DNA from: Pararhodobacter sp.
Lineage (GTDB): Bacteria > Pseudomonadota > Alphaproteobacteria > Rhodobacterales > Rhodobacteraceae
NCBI RefSeq assembly: GCF_034676075.1
Contig: NZ_JAUCCQ010000003.1
Location: 56,034-120,033, forward strand
DNA: 64,000 nt
Direction of reading: 5' to 3'
How positions within the stretch are numbered: the first letter of the stretch is position 1; every line of letters starts with the position of its first letter. The position numbers and the translations under genes were made by a program. Of the stretch, positions 55,517 through 64,000 are shown piece after piece. The notes under the pieces are model-generated. The model was given only the letters and a program-made list of their open reading frames with translations. It was not told the origin of the DNA and searched no databases.

Positions 55517-56153
55517 CGGCGTGCTCCACTTTCATGATGTAGCGATGTCCCTGATAGATGAAATAGGCGGGGAACCTGTTCGGGTCGCAGACCCTGATTA
55601 GGTTGAACTGTGAGGCGATGCTGGCATTTGCGTCAATCATGCTGTCGGCCGGAGTACGGCGCCGGTAATACTCAGGCTCGACCTCAGGATCTTGCTCGAC
55701 GGGAACAATGCTTGCCAAGTTGGTCACCGAGTATGTGAGCAGATCCATCTCTGCTGTGAAGAGCAGATCGTTGATTTCATCCCAAAGGGCATGCTCAGGA
55801 ACCGGAATTACCTTCTTGGCCCAGATCCGGCCGCTGTCCACGCGATCCTCGGCCTCAAGCAAAGAAAGAGTAATGCTCGAAGCGCCCCTCGACAGCTCCC
55901 AAATATGGGGGCTCCACCCCCTGCCCTGCGGTAGGTCGCTGGCGTGCAGGACAAGGGTATGTGCGTACTTCGCCCGGTCTTGGGCCGTCACAATCTCTGA
56001 GCAGGAAATCAAGAAGAGGAAGGTTCCGTCTGAAATGTCCTTCTTGCTTCGAACCAGCTCGACCTCTAGCGATGGGTCGGCCTCGGCGATCCATCTTTCC
56101 AGATAGGGGTTCACCGGATGGCGGCTGTCGGTGCAGAGCAAAGTTATCTTCAC
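55506..56153 (-). CDS. formyltransferase-fold protein occupying the PseH position
   Basis: LVLHASDLPQGRGWSP matches the H-x-S-L-L-P-x-x-R-G motif, and EDRVDSGRIW supplies the Asp. GTGA overlap with the pseG stop. Confidence 0.7.
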   Translation of the reverse strand: MKITLLCTDSRHPVNPYLERWIAEADPSLEVELVRSKKDISDGTFLFLISCSEIVTAQDRAKYAHTLVLHASDLPQGRGWSPHIWELSRGASSITLSLLEAEDRVDSGRIWAKKVIPVPEHALWDEINDLLFTAEMDLLTYSVTNLASIVPVEQDPEVEPEYYRRRTPADSMIDANASIASQFNLIRVCDPNRFPAYFIYQGHRYIMKVEHADGE

Positions 56154-57259
56154 CACGTATCTCCAGTCATCAATGAGGCAACGCGCCACGCGCTCTGTCC
56201 GTCGATCATCTCGGTCTTTGCCATTTGCAGCAGTGCGTTTTGCCGCTCTGTCGTGGCGAGCAACGCTGGGATGTCTCGACCACAATTTTCAACAAGAACT
56301 GTGCGGGCCATGCCGCTGGCCTCCAGGCCCCGGGCAATCCCACTCTGGTTATCAGCCAACACCATCTGGATTGTCGGCAGGCCCAGGCAGCAGCGCTCCC
56401 AGGCCGTGCTGCCGGCGGCACCGATTGCCAGATCGCTTTCGGTCATCAGTTCGGCCATATTGCCGACCCCGACCAGCACCTCGACGGGAAAGCGCATGTC
56501 GGCGGCCCGGGCGCGGACCGCCTCCAGCCAAGGGGCGCTCGGCCCCATGACCACGGTGATCGACACCTCATCCGGCAGTTGCGAGGCCGCGAGTGCATCG
56601 AGCACGCGACAGGTCACATTGTCGATATCGGCACCGCCGAGTGTCACCAGGACGCGACGCAATTCCGGCTTGGCGCGGCGGGCAAGGCTGGCGGCGCGAT
56701 GGGCTGCGAATTCCGGGCGCAGCAGGGCATATTCCGGGCCGAGCAGCGCCACCGCGCCGTCGGGCAGCAGGCCGTCATAGTCCGTCGCCACGCGGCCGAG
56801 CCCGGGATCGAGCAGCAGATCGCAGTCGTGGACCCGGTCCGCCAGGTCATCGATCGCCATGATCCGCCCGCAGACCGGGCGCAGGCGGCGTTCCCATTCC
56901 TGCCCCAGCGCATAGTGATCGACGACCAGCCAATCCGCCGCGGGAGCGCCCGCGAGGACCGCGAGGCAATCCCCGGCATCGCCGGCCTGGTCTGTCCCCA
57001 GCCAATCCGCCGGCGTGCTCCCTGAAGCCGATCCGGCGCCGGGCGCCAGTGTCGGCAAGGCAAGGACGCTGTGCCCACGCGCCGCGATCTGCCTGCGCAG
57101 ATCACCCTCCAGCGGCCGACACAGGAAAAGCGTCTCGGCGCCACGCTCGCGCAACGCATCGGCAAGCGTCAGGCAACGCATGACATGGCCGGTGCCGATC
57201 CGCACCGAGGCATCGGCGCGGAAGATAATCCGCGGAGCAGATGCCGGACCATCCCTCAT
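56150..57259 (-). CDS. pseG: UDP-2,4-diacetamido-2,4,6-trideoxy-beta-L-altropyranose hydrolase
   Basis: IIFRADASVRIGTGHVMRCLTLADAL start motif. ATGA overlap with the pseF stop. Confidence 0.8.
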   Translation of the reverse strand: MRDGPASAPRIIFRADASVRIGTGHVMRCLTLADALRERGAETLFLCRPLEGDLRRQIAARGHSVLALPTLAPGAGSASGSTPADWLGTDQAGDAGDCLAVLAGAPAADWLVVDHYALGQEWERRLRPVCGRIMAIDDLADRVHDCDLLLDPGLGRVATDYDGLLPDGAVALLGPEYALLRPEFAAHRAASLARRAKPELRRVLVTLGGADIDNVTCRVLDALAASQLPDEVSITVVMGPSAPWLEAVRARAADMRFPVEVLVGVGNMAELMTESDLAIGAAGSTAWERCCLGLPTIQMVLADNQSGIARGLEASGMARTVLVENCGRDIPALLATTERQNALLQMAKTEMIDGQSAWRVASLMTGDTW

Positions 57260-57963
57260 GCCCGTTCCGCCCCTTCGGCCCCGAGGGCACGGAACATCCA
57301 CTCCGCGCGCTCCCAATCCTCGGGCGTGTCGATATCCTGCACGCGGTATCGCGGCAGGCGTAGCGGCAGGCAGTTGGCGCCAAAGATCGGCAGGCCACTC
57401 GTCCAGGCCGAGGCCGTCCCCCAGTAGAACTGTCCGGCATCGTGCCACGCTTCTTCCAGATCCTGCGAGCGGGTGGTGAAATGCTCGGGCTGGAACATGG
57501 CCACATGGCCGGTCTCGGTGATGCGGATCGCGCGCTGGATCGGGAAGGCATAGCTGGTGACGGAAAAGACAAAATCCGCCCCGCCACGTTCAAGAAGCTC
57601 AAGACCGGCGCGCAGATCAGCGGCGGTGACGAAGGGCGCCGTCGCATAGATGCAGCAGGCCTGCGCGACGCTTGTCGCAGACGCAGCCTCGACCTCGGCG
57701 ATGGCATGAGCGATCACCGGGCTGGTCGGAGTGTGGTCATCCGACAGGGCGGCGGGGCGCAGGAAGGGCACCTCTGCGCCACAGGCCCGGGCGACCTCGG
57801 CGATCTCAGCGTCATCGGTGCTGACGATCACCCGGTCGAAACAGCCGCTATCCAGCGCGGCCTGGACCGACCAGGCCAGCATCGGCCGGCCGCAGAACGG
57901 GCGGATGTTCTTGCGCGGGATGCGCTTGCTGCCTCCGCGCGCCGGGATCACGGCGATTTTCAT
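57256..57963 (-). CDS. pseF: pseudaminic acid cytidylyltransferase
   Basis: MKIAVIPARGGSKRIPRKNI ... VSTDD. Confidence 0.9.
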   Translation of the reverse strand: MKIAVIPARGGSKRIPRKNIRPFCGRPMLAWSVQAALDSGCFDRVIVSTDDAEIAEVARACGAEVPFLRPAALSDDHTPTSPVIAHAIAEVEAASATSVAQACCIYATAPFVTAADLRAGLELLERGGADFVFSVTSYAFPIQRAIRITETGHVAMFQPEHFTTRSQDLEEAWHDAGQFYWGTASAWTSGLPIFGANCLPLRLPRYRVQDIDTPEDWERAEWMFRALGAEGAERA

Positions 57964-59120
57964 CCCGCCAGCGCCTCGCGCAGCACCTCGACCACGAAAT
58001 CCTGCTCGGCGTCGGTCAGGGTCGGGTGCATCGGGATGCTGATTGCCTCGCGGTAATATTGTTCAGCCTGCGGGAAGTCGCCCGGCCGGAAACCCATCTT
58101 GCTGTAATAGGGCTGCGTATGCACCGGGATGTAATGCAGGTTGACCATGATGTCCCGCGCGCGCATCGCCTCGAACACCTTCAGGTGACTTGTGGCGATC
58201 CGGTCCAGTTGCAGGCGGATCACATAGAGATGCCAGGCGGAATGGCTGTCGGGGTGCTGCCAGGGTAGCGTCACGGGAAGATCCGCCAGCAGCTGCTCGT
58301 AGCGTGCGGCGATCTCGTGGCGGCGCGCGACATAGGCGTGCAGCCGGGTCATCTGACTGACCCCGAGCACGGCCTGCATGTCCGTCATCCGGTAATTGTA
58401 GCCCAGATCGACCTGCTGGTAATCCCAGGGGCCGTCCATCTCCTTGGTCATCAGCGCCGGGTCACGGGTGATGCCGTGGCTGCGCAGCAGACCGAGGCGC
58501 GTCGCCAGATGGTCGTCATTGGTGAGCGCCATGCCGCCCTCGGCCGTGGTGACGATCTTGACCGGATGGAAGCTGAACACTGTGATGTCGCTGTAGCGGC
58601 AATTGCCGATCGGCTCATCCTTGTACCGCCCGCCGATGGCATGGGAGGCGTCCTCGATGATGCGGAAGCCGTATTTCTGCCCCAGCGCGTGGATCCGCGC
58701 CATGTCGCAGGGCTGGCCGGTCAGATGCACCGGAACCACCACCTTGGGCAGACGCCCGGCCTTTTCGGCGGCGATCAGTTTCTCTTCCAGCCGGTCCGGG
58801 CAGAGGTTCCAGGTCCGGGGATCAATGTCGACAAAATCCACCGCCGCTCCGCAATACAGGGCGCAGTTCGACGAGGCGACGAAGGTGTTCGGCGTCGTCC
58901 AGAGCACATCCCCCGGCCCGAGATCGAGGGCGAGACAGGCGATATGCAGCGCCGAGGTCGCGCTGTTCACGGCCACCGCGTGGCGGGCGCCCGTCTCGGC
59001 AAGCACTGCCTGCTCGAAGGCGGGAATGCTCGGCCCCTGGGTCAGGTGCGAGGATCGCAGGACGCCGATCACGGCGTCGATGTCTGCTTGGGTGATATCT
59101 TGCTGGCCGTATCGAATCAT
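57960..59120 (-). CDS. pseC: UDP-4-amino-4,6-dideoxy-N-acetyl-beta-L-altrosamine transaminase
   Basis: DegT/DnrJ/EryC1 family. IRYGQQDITQADIDAV, LTQGP, and a SFHPVK PLP-lysine segment. Confidence 0.9.
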   Translation of the reverse strand: MIRYGQQDITQADIDAVIGVLRSSHLTQGPSIPAFEQAVLAETGARHAVAVNSATSALHIACLALDLGPGDVLWTTPNTFVASSNCALYCGAAVDFVDIDPRTWNLCPDRLEEKLIAAEKAGRLPKVVVPVHLTGQPCDMARIHALGQKYGFRIIEDASHAIGGRYKDEPIGNCRYSDITVFSFHPVKIVTTAEGGMALTNDDHLATRLGLLRSHGITRDPALMTKEMDGPWDYQQVDLGYNYRMTDMQAVLGVSQMTRLHAYVARRHEIAARYEQLLADLPVTLPWQHPDSHSAWHLYVIRLQLDRIATSHLKVFEAMRARDIMVNLHYIPVHTQPYYSKMGFRPGDFPQAEQYYREAISIPMHPTLTDAEQDFVVEVLREALAG

Positions 59121-60406
59121 CTGGAATGCGCCATCTTATGGGGGGCGGGAGGTGACACCGGGCCGGTGTCGCCGGGAGTGAATAGGGCGAGGGTCTTCCA
59201 CAGCAAGACCAGGAAAAAGGCGGCGATCAGGCCCAGCGGCACCGCCAAGGCGCGCTGTTCCGTGGGCAGGCTCATCGTCAGGCCCCAGGTCACCAGAGCG
59301 AAGAGAGCGAACGCCGCGAGATGACTGTAGATGATGGGGCGATCCCGGCCGCGGGCATAGAGCGCGTAATGCGGCACCATGCCGAGTGCATTGATGGTCA
59401 TTGCCAGCACCAGAAAAGGAAAAAGTCCTCGCTGCGCGACGTAGACGGGATTGCCGATCCAGTCCAGCAGGACGGGTAGGGCCAGCCAGCTCAGCACGCT
59501 GAAAACCGCCGAGATGGCGATGGTCTGCACCAGCATGCGCCGCAGGGTGATGCGGAACTCCGAGGTGTCGCCGGCATGATGCAGGCGGATCAGCTCGGGA
59601 TAGCCGAAGGCGAAGACCCCTGCATCGAGAAAGGTCATCAGGGCGCTGGCGACGCCGATGAACAGGACATAGGCCGCAACCGTTTCGATCCCGGCCAGAT
59701 CTTCGAGCCAGAAGCGGTCAAGCGTCTGCACGCCGCGCAGGGCGAGGGTCGCGACCAGAAAAGCCAAGCTGACGATGATGCCCCGCCGCAGCCAGGTCAG
59801 GTCCACCGCATCGCGCCAGCCACCGAACCGCATCCGGGCGATCAGGGTCACCCCGATAGACAGCGTCAAAGCTCCGCTGAGCCCCCAAAGGACGAAAACC
59901 GTCGTCAGATTGCGGCTTTCGGGCCAGAGGGGCATCACGATCAAAACGGCAATCGCCCAGAGGCCCTGCCGCGAGAAGTGCAGCAGGCTGGCAGAGATCT
60001 GACGCCCCAGGGCGATCAACAGCCGGTAAATTTCCTGATTGGCATATTCGCACAGCAGGATCGGCAAGAACCACCACAGCAGCGTCGGCGGCCAGCCTGC
60101 CGACCACAGAATGCCGATGGCGGCCGGCGCAACCACCAAGAACAGCACGGCGGCCAGGCAGGATTGCGTCTTCAGCAGGCGGCCGCGCTCGGCCTCGGGA
60201 GCCTTCAGAATCTCGCGAGTGATGTAGACGTAGAAGTCCAGCCCCACGAAATAGATGGCATAGCCGATGGCAGCGGTGAACAGCCCGTAATAGCCGACCC
60301 CCGCAGGGTCGAGGTAACGGGCGAGGAAGAAGATGAACAGAAAGCGCACGCCGAGAGTCAGACTGCGCAGGCCCGTGTTGAGCAGGCGGGTTACAGCGCC
60401 CCTCAT
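59117..60406 (-). CDS. wzx: oligosaccharide flippase (Wzx/polysaccharide biosynthesis protein family)
   Basis: 429 aa with about 12 helices. ATGA overlaps at both ends. Confidence 0.8.
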   Translation of the reverse strand: MRGAVTRLLNTGLRSLTLGVRFLFIFFLARYLDPAGVGYYGLFTAAIGYAIYFVGLDFYVYITREILKAPEAERGRLLKTQSCLAAVLFLVVAPAAIGILWSAGWPPTLLWWFLPILLCEYANQEIYRLLIALGRQISASLLHFSRQGLWAIAVLIVMPLWPESRNLTTVFVLWGLSGALTLSIGVTLIARMRFGGWRDAVDLTWLRRGIIVSLAFLVATLALRGVQTLDRFWLEDLAGIETVAAYVLFIGVASALMTFLDAGVFAFGYPELIRLHHAGDTSEFRITLRRMLVQTIAISAVFSVLSWLALPVLLDWIGNPVYVAQRGLFPFLVLAMTINALGMVPHYALYARGRDRPIIYSHLAAFALFALVTWGLTMSLPTEQRALAVPLGLIAAFFLVLLWKTLALFTPGDTGPVSPPAPHKMAHSR

Positions 60407-60771
60407 GGCCGGACCTCGCCATTATCGCCCTGCTCGCGGGTCAGCTCGATCTCGAGCGCGGCGATCTCCTGCTTGAGTAGTTCGTATTCCGCGGTCTTCC
60501 GGGCGAGGAAGAGGCGGGTTATGGCGGCCTTCTCGGCCAGCCCCTTGGGTGTCAGCACGTAGGAATACCGCCGCTTGTCCTCGGCGGCAGCAAAGCGCCC
60601 GAGTTTGACAAATCCTCTTTCGATCAGAGCCTTGAGCAGGTAATGGGTGCCGCCGGTACTGATACCGACCGCGGCCGCCAGCTGACGCTGGGACATACCC
60701 GGGTTCTGCTCGAGCAGGCGCAAGATACGGAACCGGGTTTCTTCCCGCAGCCGGTCGTGTAGATCGGACAT
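60403..60771 (-). CDS. EPS-associated MarR family transcriptional regulator
   Basis: FRILRLLEQNPGMSQRQLAAAVGISTGGTHYLLKALIERGFVK plus a C-terminal coiled-coil. Start at ATG 60771. Confidence 0.8.
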   Translation of the reverse strand: MSDLHDRLREETRFRILRLLEQNPGMSQRQLAAAVGISTGGTHYLLKALIERGFVKLGRFAAAEDKRRYSYVLTPKGLAEKAAITRLFLARKTAEYELLKQEIAALEIELTREQGDNGEVRP

Positions 60772-60817
60772 CTCAGCTCCGCCTCGCGATCTCCCGCCAC
60801 CGGCAGCCCGGCACAGT

Positions 60818-60835
60818 TCGCTCATCTTTGAGCGA
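60818..60835. promoter_or_regulatory. inverted repeat TCGCTCA-N4-TGAGCGA in the divergent glycan-locus promoter region
   Basis: Perfect 7-bp arms, about 47 nt upstream of the MarR-type gene. Confidence 0.3.
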
Positions 60836-61036
60836 TACCATGCCGCTGCAGCATTGCCAAGCCGCCCTCTGTGCGGCGCCCCGCCGCCCGGTTCTTTTGC
60901 CGGTTCCTCTCGACCCGGTTTCGCGATAAAGCGCAGCCAGGCAGAAAGCCTCCCCGATGCAAGAGGTGGAACGGATGAGCAATGCCCTGATCGCCGGATC
61001 TGTTGTCAGGTCCCCCATCATCGGCCAGCCCGCCTG

Positions 61037-62167
61037 ATGTCGTCGCGTATCGTCATCACCGGCGCCGGAGGCCTGCTCGGCTGGCACACTTCCGCCCGGC
61101 TGCACGCGGTGAACTGTGCCGCCCGCTACCGTGGCGAGGTCGCCCCCTTTGATCTGGTCCTGCTTGATCACGCCGGTTTCCAGACCGATGCGGTGCTGGA
61201 CGCCGCCCTGCGCGATGCCGATATCGTGCTGCATTTTGCCGGCGTCAACCGCGGCACCGAGGCTGAGGTCCGGGATGGCAATCCGGCCATTGCGCGGCGC
61301 CTGGCGGATGCCTGCGCCCGGCTTGGGGTCGCGCCGCATATCGCCTACGCCAATTCGACGCACGCCCGCCTCGACACGCTCTACGGCACCTCCAAACGCC
61401 GGGCGGCCGAGATCCTGGCCAGCATCGGCGGCGGTTTGACCGACCTGATCCTGCCCCATATTTTCGGCGAAGGCGCGCGCCCTCGCTACAACAATGTCAC
61501 GGCGACCTTCATCGAGGCGGTGATCGCGGGCGAGACGCCGCAGATCGATCCGGCTGGCAAGGTCCAGCTGCTGCATGCCGGGGCTGCGGCGCAGACCGCG
61601 ATCGATGCGGCTCTGTCCGGGCACGACGGCGAGCTGGTCCCGCAACCCCGGCCGACCGAGGTCCCGTGGCTCTTCGAGACGCTGCAAGGCTTTCATGCGG
61701 GGTATTCCGCCAACCTCTATCCCGATCTGTCGAACGGCTTCATCCGCGACCTGTTCAACACCTATCGGGCGGCACTTTACCCCGGCGGCTTCCCTCGCCC
61801 CCTGAAGTTGAACACCGACCCGCGTGGCACGCTGTTCGAAGCCGCGCGCGGCGGCGGCGGCGGCCAGACCTTCCTCAGCTGGACCGAGCCCGGGGTGACT
61901 CGGGGCGACCATTTCCATCTGCACAAGGTGGAGCGCTTTCTCGTGCTTCAAGGCGAGGCAATAATCCGAATGCGCCGCGTGCTGGGCGGTCCGGTGACGG
62001 AGTATCACGTCACAGGCGACCGCCCCTCCCCTGTCGACATGCCGACGCTGCACGCCCATTCCATTCAGAATATCGGCGATCGGCCCCTGCTGACCCTGTT
62101 CTGGACGCACGACCTTTTCGACCCGGCGGCGCCGGATACTTATTTCGACCCCGTATTGCAGGATTGA
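61037..62167 (+). CDS. fnlB: CapF/FnlB/WbjC-type bifunctional reductase (SDR domain plus C-terminal cupin)
   Basis: IVITGAGGLLG Rossmann fold and YGTSK catalytic motif. C-terminal cupin DPRGTLFE...RGDHFH. Start at ATG 61037 inside ORF 60854..62167. Confidence 0.8.
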   Translation: MSSRIVITGAGGLLGWHTSARLHAVNCAARYRGEVAPFDLVLLDHAGFQTDAVLDAALRDADIVLHFAGVNRGTEAEVRDGNPAIARRLADACARLGVAPHIAYANSTHARLDTLYGTSKRRAAEILASIGGGLTDLILPHIFGEGARPRYNNVTATFIEAVIAGETPQIDPAGKVQLLHAGAAAQTAIDAALSGHDGELVPQPRPTEVPWLFETLQGFHAGYSANLYPDLSNGFIRDLFNTYRAALYPGGFPRPLKLNTDPRGTLFEAARGGGGGQTFLSWTEPGVTRGDHFHLHKVERFLVLQGEAIIRMRRVLGGPVTEYHVTGDRPSPVDMPTLHAHSIQNIGDRPLLTLFWTHDLFDPAAPDTYFDPVLQD

Positions 62168-62170
62168 TTG

Positions 62171-63328
62171 ATGAGCAGGCTGAAAGTGATGACGATCCTC
62201 GGGACCCGCCCCGAGATCATTAGGCTGTCCCGCGTCATGGCGCGGCTCGACGCCTTCACCGATCACGTTCTCGTGCACACCGGGCAGAATTGGGATCATG
62301 CCCTGAACGAAGTCTTCTTCGAAGACCTGGGCGTCCGAAAACCCGACCATTTCCTCGGCACCGGCGGCGGCTCCTTGGGCGAGACGCTGGGCAAGATTCT
62401 GATCGAGAGCGAAAGGGTCATTCGGGCGGAGAAACCCGATGCGGTGCTGGTCTTGGGCGATACCAATTCGGCGATTTCGGCGATCATTGCCCGGCGGCTA
62501 AAAGTGCCGGTCTATCACATGGAGGCCGGTAACCGCTCGTTCGACCGCAATGTCCCCGAAGAGACGAACCGCAAGCTGGTCGACCATATCGCCGACTTCA
62601 ACCTGGTCTACACCGAGCATGCGCGTCGGCATCTGCTCTCGGAGGGCATTCAGCATCGTCGAATCTACCTGACGGGTTCACCGATGAACGAAGTCTTGAC
62701 GCATTACCGCGACCGGATCGAGGCCTCGGACATCCTCTCGCGGTTGTCCTTGAATTCCCAAGGCTATTTCATCGTATCCCTGCACCGGGAAGAGAATGTC
62801 GACAATGCAGCGCGGTTGCGGTCACTCCGGGATACGCTGAATTCTCTGGCGCAGGATTACGACATGCCGGTAATCGTCTCCACGCATCCGCGCACGCGCA
62901 AGCGCTTGGAGGCCTTGGGAGAGGACGGAGCCTTCGATCCGCGCGTGCAGTACATGGCGCCTTTCGGCTTCCATGACTACAATGCGCTGCAGATGAATGC
63001 GTTCTGCGCCATCTCGGACAGCGGCACGATCGCCGAAGAAAGTTCGATCCTGCAATTCCCCGCCATCACGCCACGCGATGCGATCGAAAGGCCGGAGGGG
63101 CTGGATGTTGGCTGTATCCTGGTCACCGGCCTGAACCAGGACACGATCCGCGAAGCAGTCGCGGCCGCAACCCAGCTGCATCGCGAACGCCAGGCGAGCG
63201 GTCGCCGTCATCCGCTGCCAGAGGATTACGCCATCGACAATACCTCGGAACGCGTCCTTAGCCTGATCCTGGGCACGGCCCGGCTCTCGAACGGCTGGGA
63301 CGGGATCCGGATGAACGATCTGACATGA
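62171..63328 (+). CDS. fnlC: non-hydrolysing UDP-sugar 2-epimerase (FnlC/CapG/WbjD type)
   Basis: VMTILGTRPEIIRLS, HTGQNWD, VLGDTNS and HMEAGNR motifs. Confidence 0.9.
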   Translation: MSRLKVMTILGTRPEIIRLSRVMARLDAFTDHVLVHTGQNWDHALNEVFFEDLGVRKPDHFLGTGGGSLGETLGKILIESERVIRAEKPDAVLVLGDTNSAISAIIARRLKVPVYHMEAGNRSFDRNVPEETNRKLVDHIADFNLVYTEHARRHLLSEGIQHRRIYLTGSPMNEVLTHYRDRIEASDILSRLSLNSQGYFIVSLHREENVDNAARLRSLRDTLNSLAQDYDMPVIVSTHPRTRKRLEALGEDGAFDPRVQYMAPFGFHDYNALQMNAFCAISDSGTIAEESSILQFPAITPRDAIERPEGLDVGCILVTGLNQDTIREAVAAATQLHRERQASGRRHPLPEDYAIDNTSERVLSLILGTARLSNGWDGIRMNDLT

Positions 63329-64000
63329 GCCGTCACGAGAGCGCCAATCCGCGGCTGATCATCCTGACCCAATGGTTCGATCCTGAGCCGACACCCAAAG
63401 GGCTCGCTTTTGCCCAACGCATGGCTGAGCAGGGTTTCCAGGTCGAAGTCGTCACGGGGTTCCCGAATTATCCCGGTGGCACAGTCTATCCGGGCTATCG
63501 GATCCGCCCGCTTCGCCGCGAACAGCATGGTCAGGTCCTTGTCACGCGGCTGGCGCTCTATCCCAGCCATGACACCGGCAAGATCGGGCGCATCCTGAAC
63601 TATCTGAGCTTCTTCCTTTCCGCCTTCGTGTACCTGACCTTTGGGGCGCGCCGAGCGGACGTGTTCTACGTGTACCATCCCCCCCTGACGACCGCCCTGG
63701 CCGCGGCCTGCGCCGGCTGGCTGCGCCGGACGCCGTTTCTGGTCGATATCCAGGATCTGTGGCCAGACACCTTGCGCGCGACCGGCATGATCGGCAATTC
63801 GCGGATCCTGCGGGTCGTCGATTGGCTATGCCGCTGGGTGTATCGCCGCGCCGCTCACATCGTGGTTCTGTCGAACGGGTTTCGCAACCTGCTCACTGCT
63901 CGTGGGGTTCCCGCCGAGCGGATCAGCGTAATTCCGAATTGGGCTGACGAGAGCGCCCCGAACGAGCAGGTGGAGGCGACCGGCCAGGTGCTCGGTCCGC
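63325..64000 (+). CDS. wbuB: GT4 glycosyltransferase, WbuB-like (L-FucNAc transferase type), 5' partial at the window edge
   Basis: ATGA overlap with fnlC. ILTQWFDPEPTPKG, TGFPNYPGG and DIQDLWPD motifs. The frame stays open to position 64000. Confidence 0.8.
   Translation, partial: MSRHESANPRLIILTQWFDPEPTPKGLAFAQRMAEQGFQVEVVTGFPNYPGGTVYPGYRIRPLRREQHGQVLVTRLALYPSHDTGKIGRILNYLSFFLSAFVYLTFGARRADVFYVYHPPLTTALAAACAGWLRRTPFLVDIQDLWPDTLRATGMIGNSRILRVVDWLCRWVYRRAAHIVVLSNGFRNLLTARGVPAERISVIPNWADESAPNEQVEATGQVLGP

Overview
This 64 kb window is very GC-rich and has the gene content of an alphaproteobacterium, probably Rhodobacterales-like; that taxon call is an inference. It is almost fully coding. All calls rest on motifs and family patterns read from the translations and DNA, because no database search was possible.

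Gene content from left to right:
- Two transglutaminase-family genes with a small Lys-rich ORF between them.
- A fatty-acid desaturase, a MocR regulator and a DUF983 protein.
- A TctC/TctA tricarboxylate transporter with a PrpF-type isomerase and a LysR regulator.
- A small lower-GC islet holding an orphan Imm11-like immunity gene and an IS1595 transposase remnant.
- A catechol-type ortho-cleavage cluster: intradiol dioxygenase, muconate cycloisomerase, GST, LysR and PcaD.
- A roughly 16 kb block that I think is the most interesting part. It contains dctP, a coxG-dctQM-coxM-fused coxSL operon, a ferredoxin reductase, a GntR regulator, and a nine-gene translationally coupled operon. That operon encodes a Rieske oxygenase alpha subunit, two cupins, an NTF2-like protein, a PyrK/PyrD-like class-1B dihydroorotate dehydrogenase pair, a Rieske ferredoxin and an atypical asparaginase. 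A five-fold repeated AT-rich operator-like motif (TAACGTATAC...) ties these units together.
- A phthalate-4,5-dioxygenase-type cluster: oxygenase, PDR-type reductase, Gfo/Idh/MocA dehydrogenase and a 330-aa decarboxylase. It is coupled to a TAXI-TRAP transporter, and a second shared motif points to the MarR regulator.
- LysR/PhyH, TauE/FadR, a tandem Rnk-like fusion, and gdhA followed by an HPP-CBS gene.
- A decayed IS3 remnant, then a surface-glycan locus that runs off the right edge. The locus combines pseudaminic-acid genes (pseC, pseF, pseG, pseI), L-FucNAc genes (CapF/FnlB-like, FnlC-like, WbuB-like), wzx, and markedly AT-richer wzy and glycosyltransferase genes.

No rRNA, tRNA or CRISPR array was seen.
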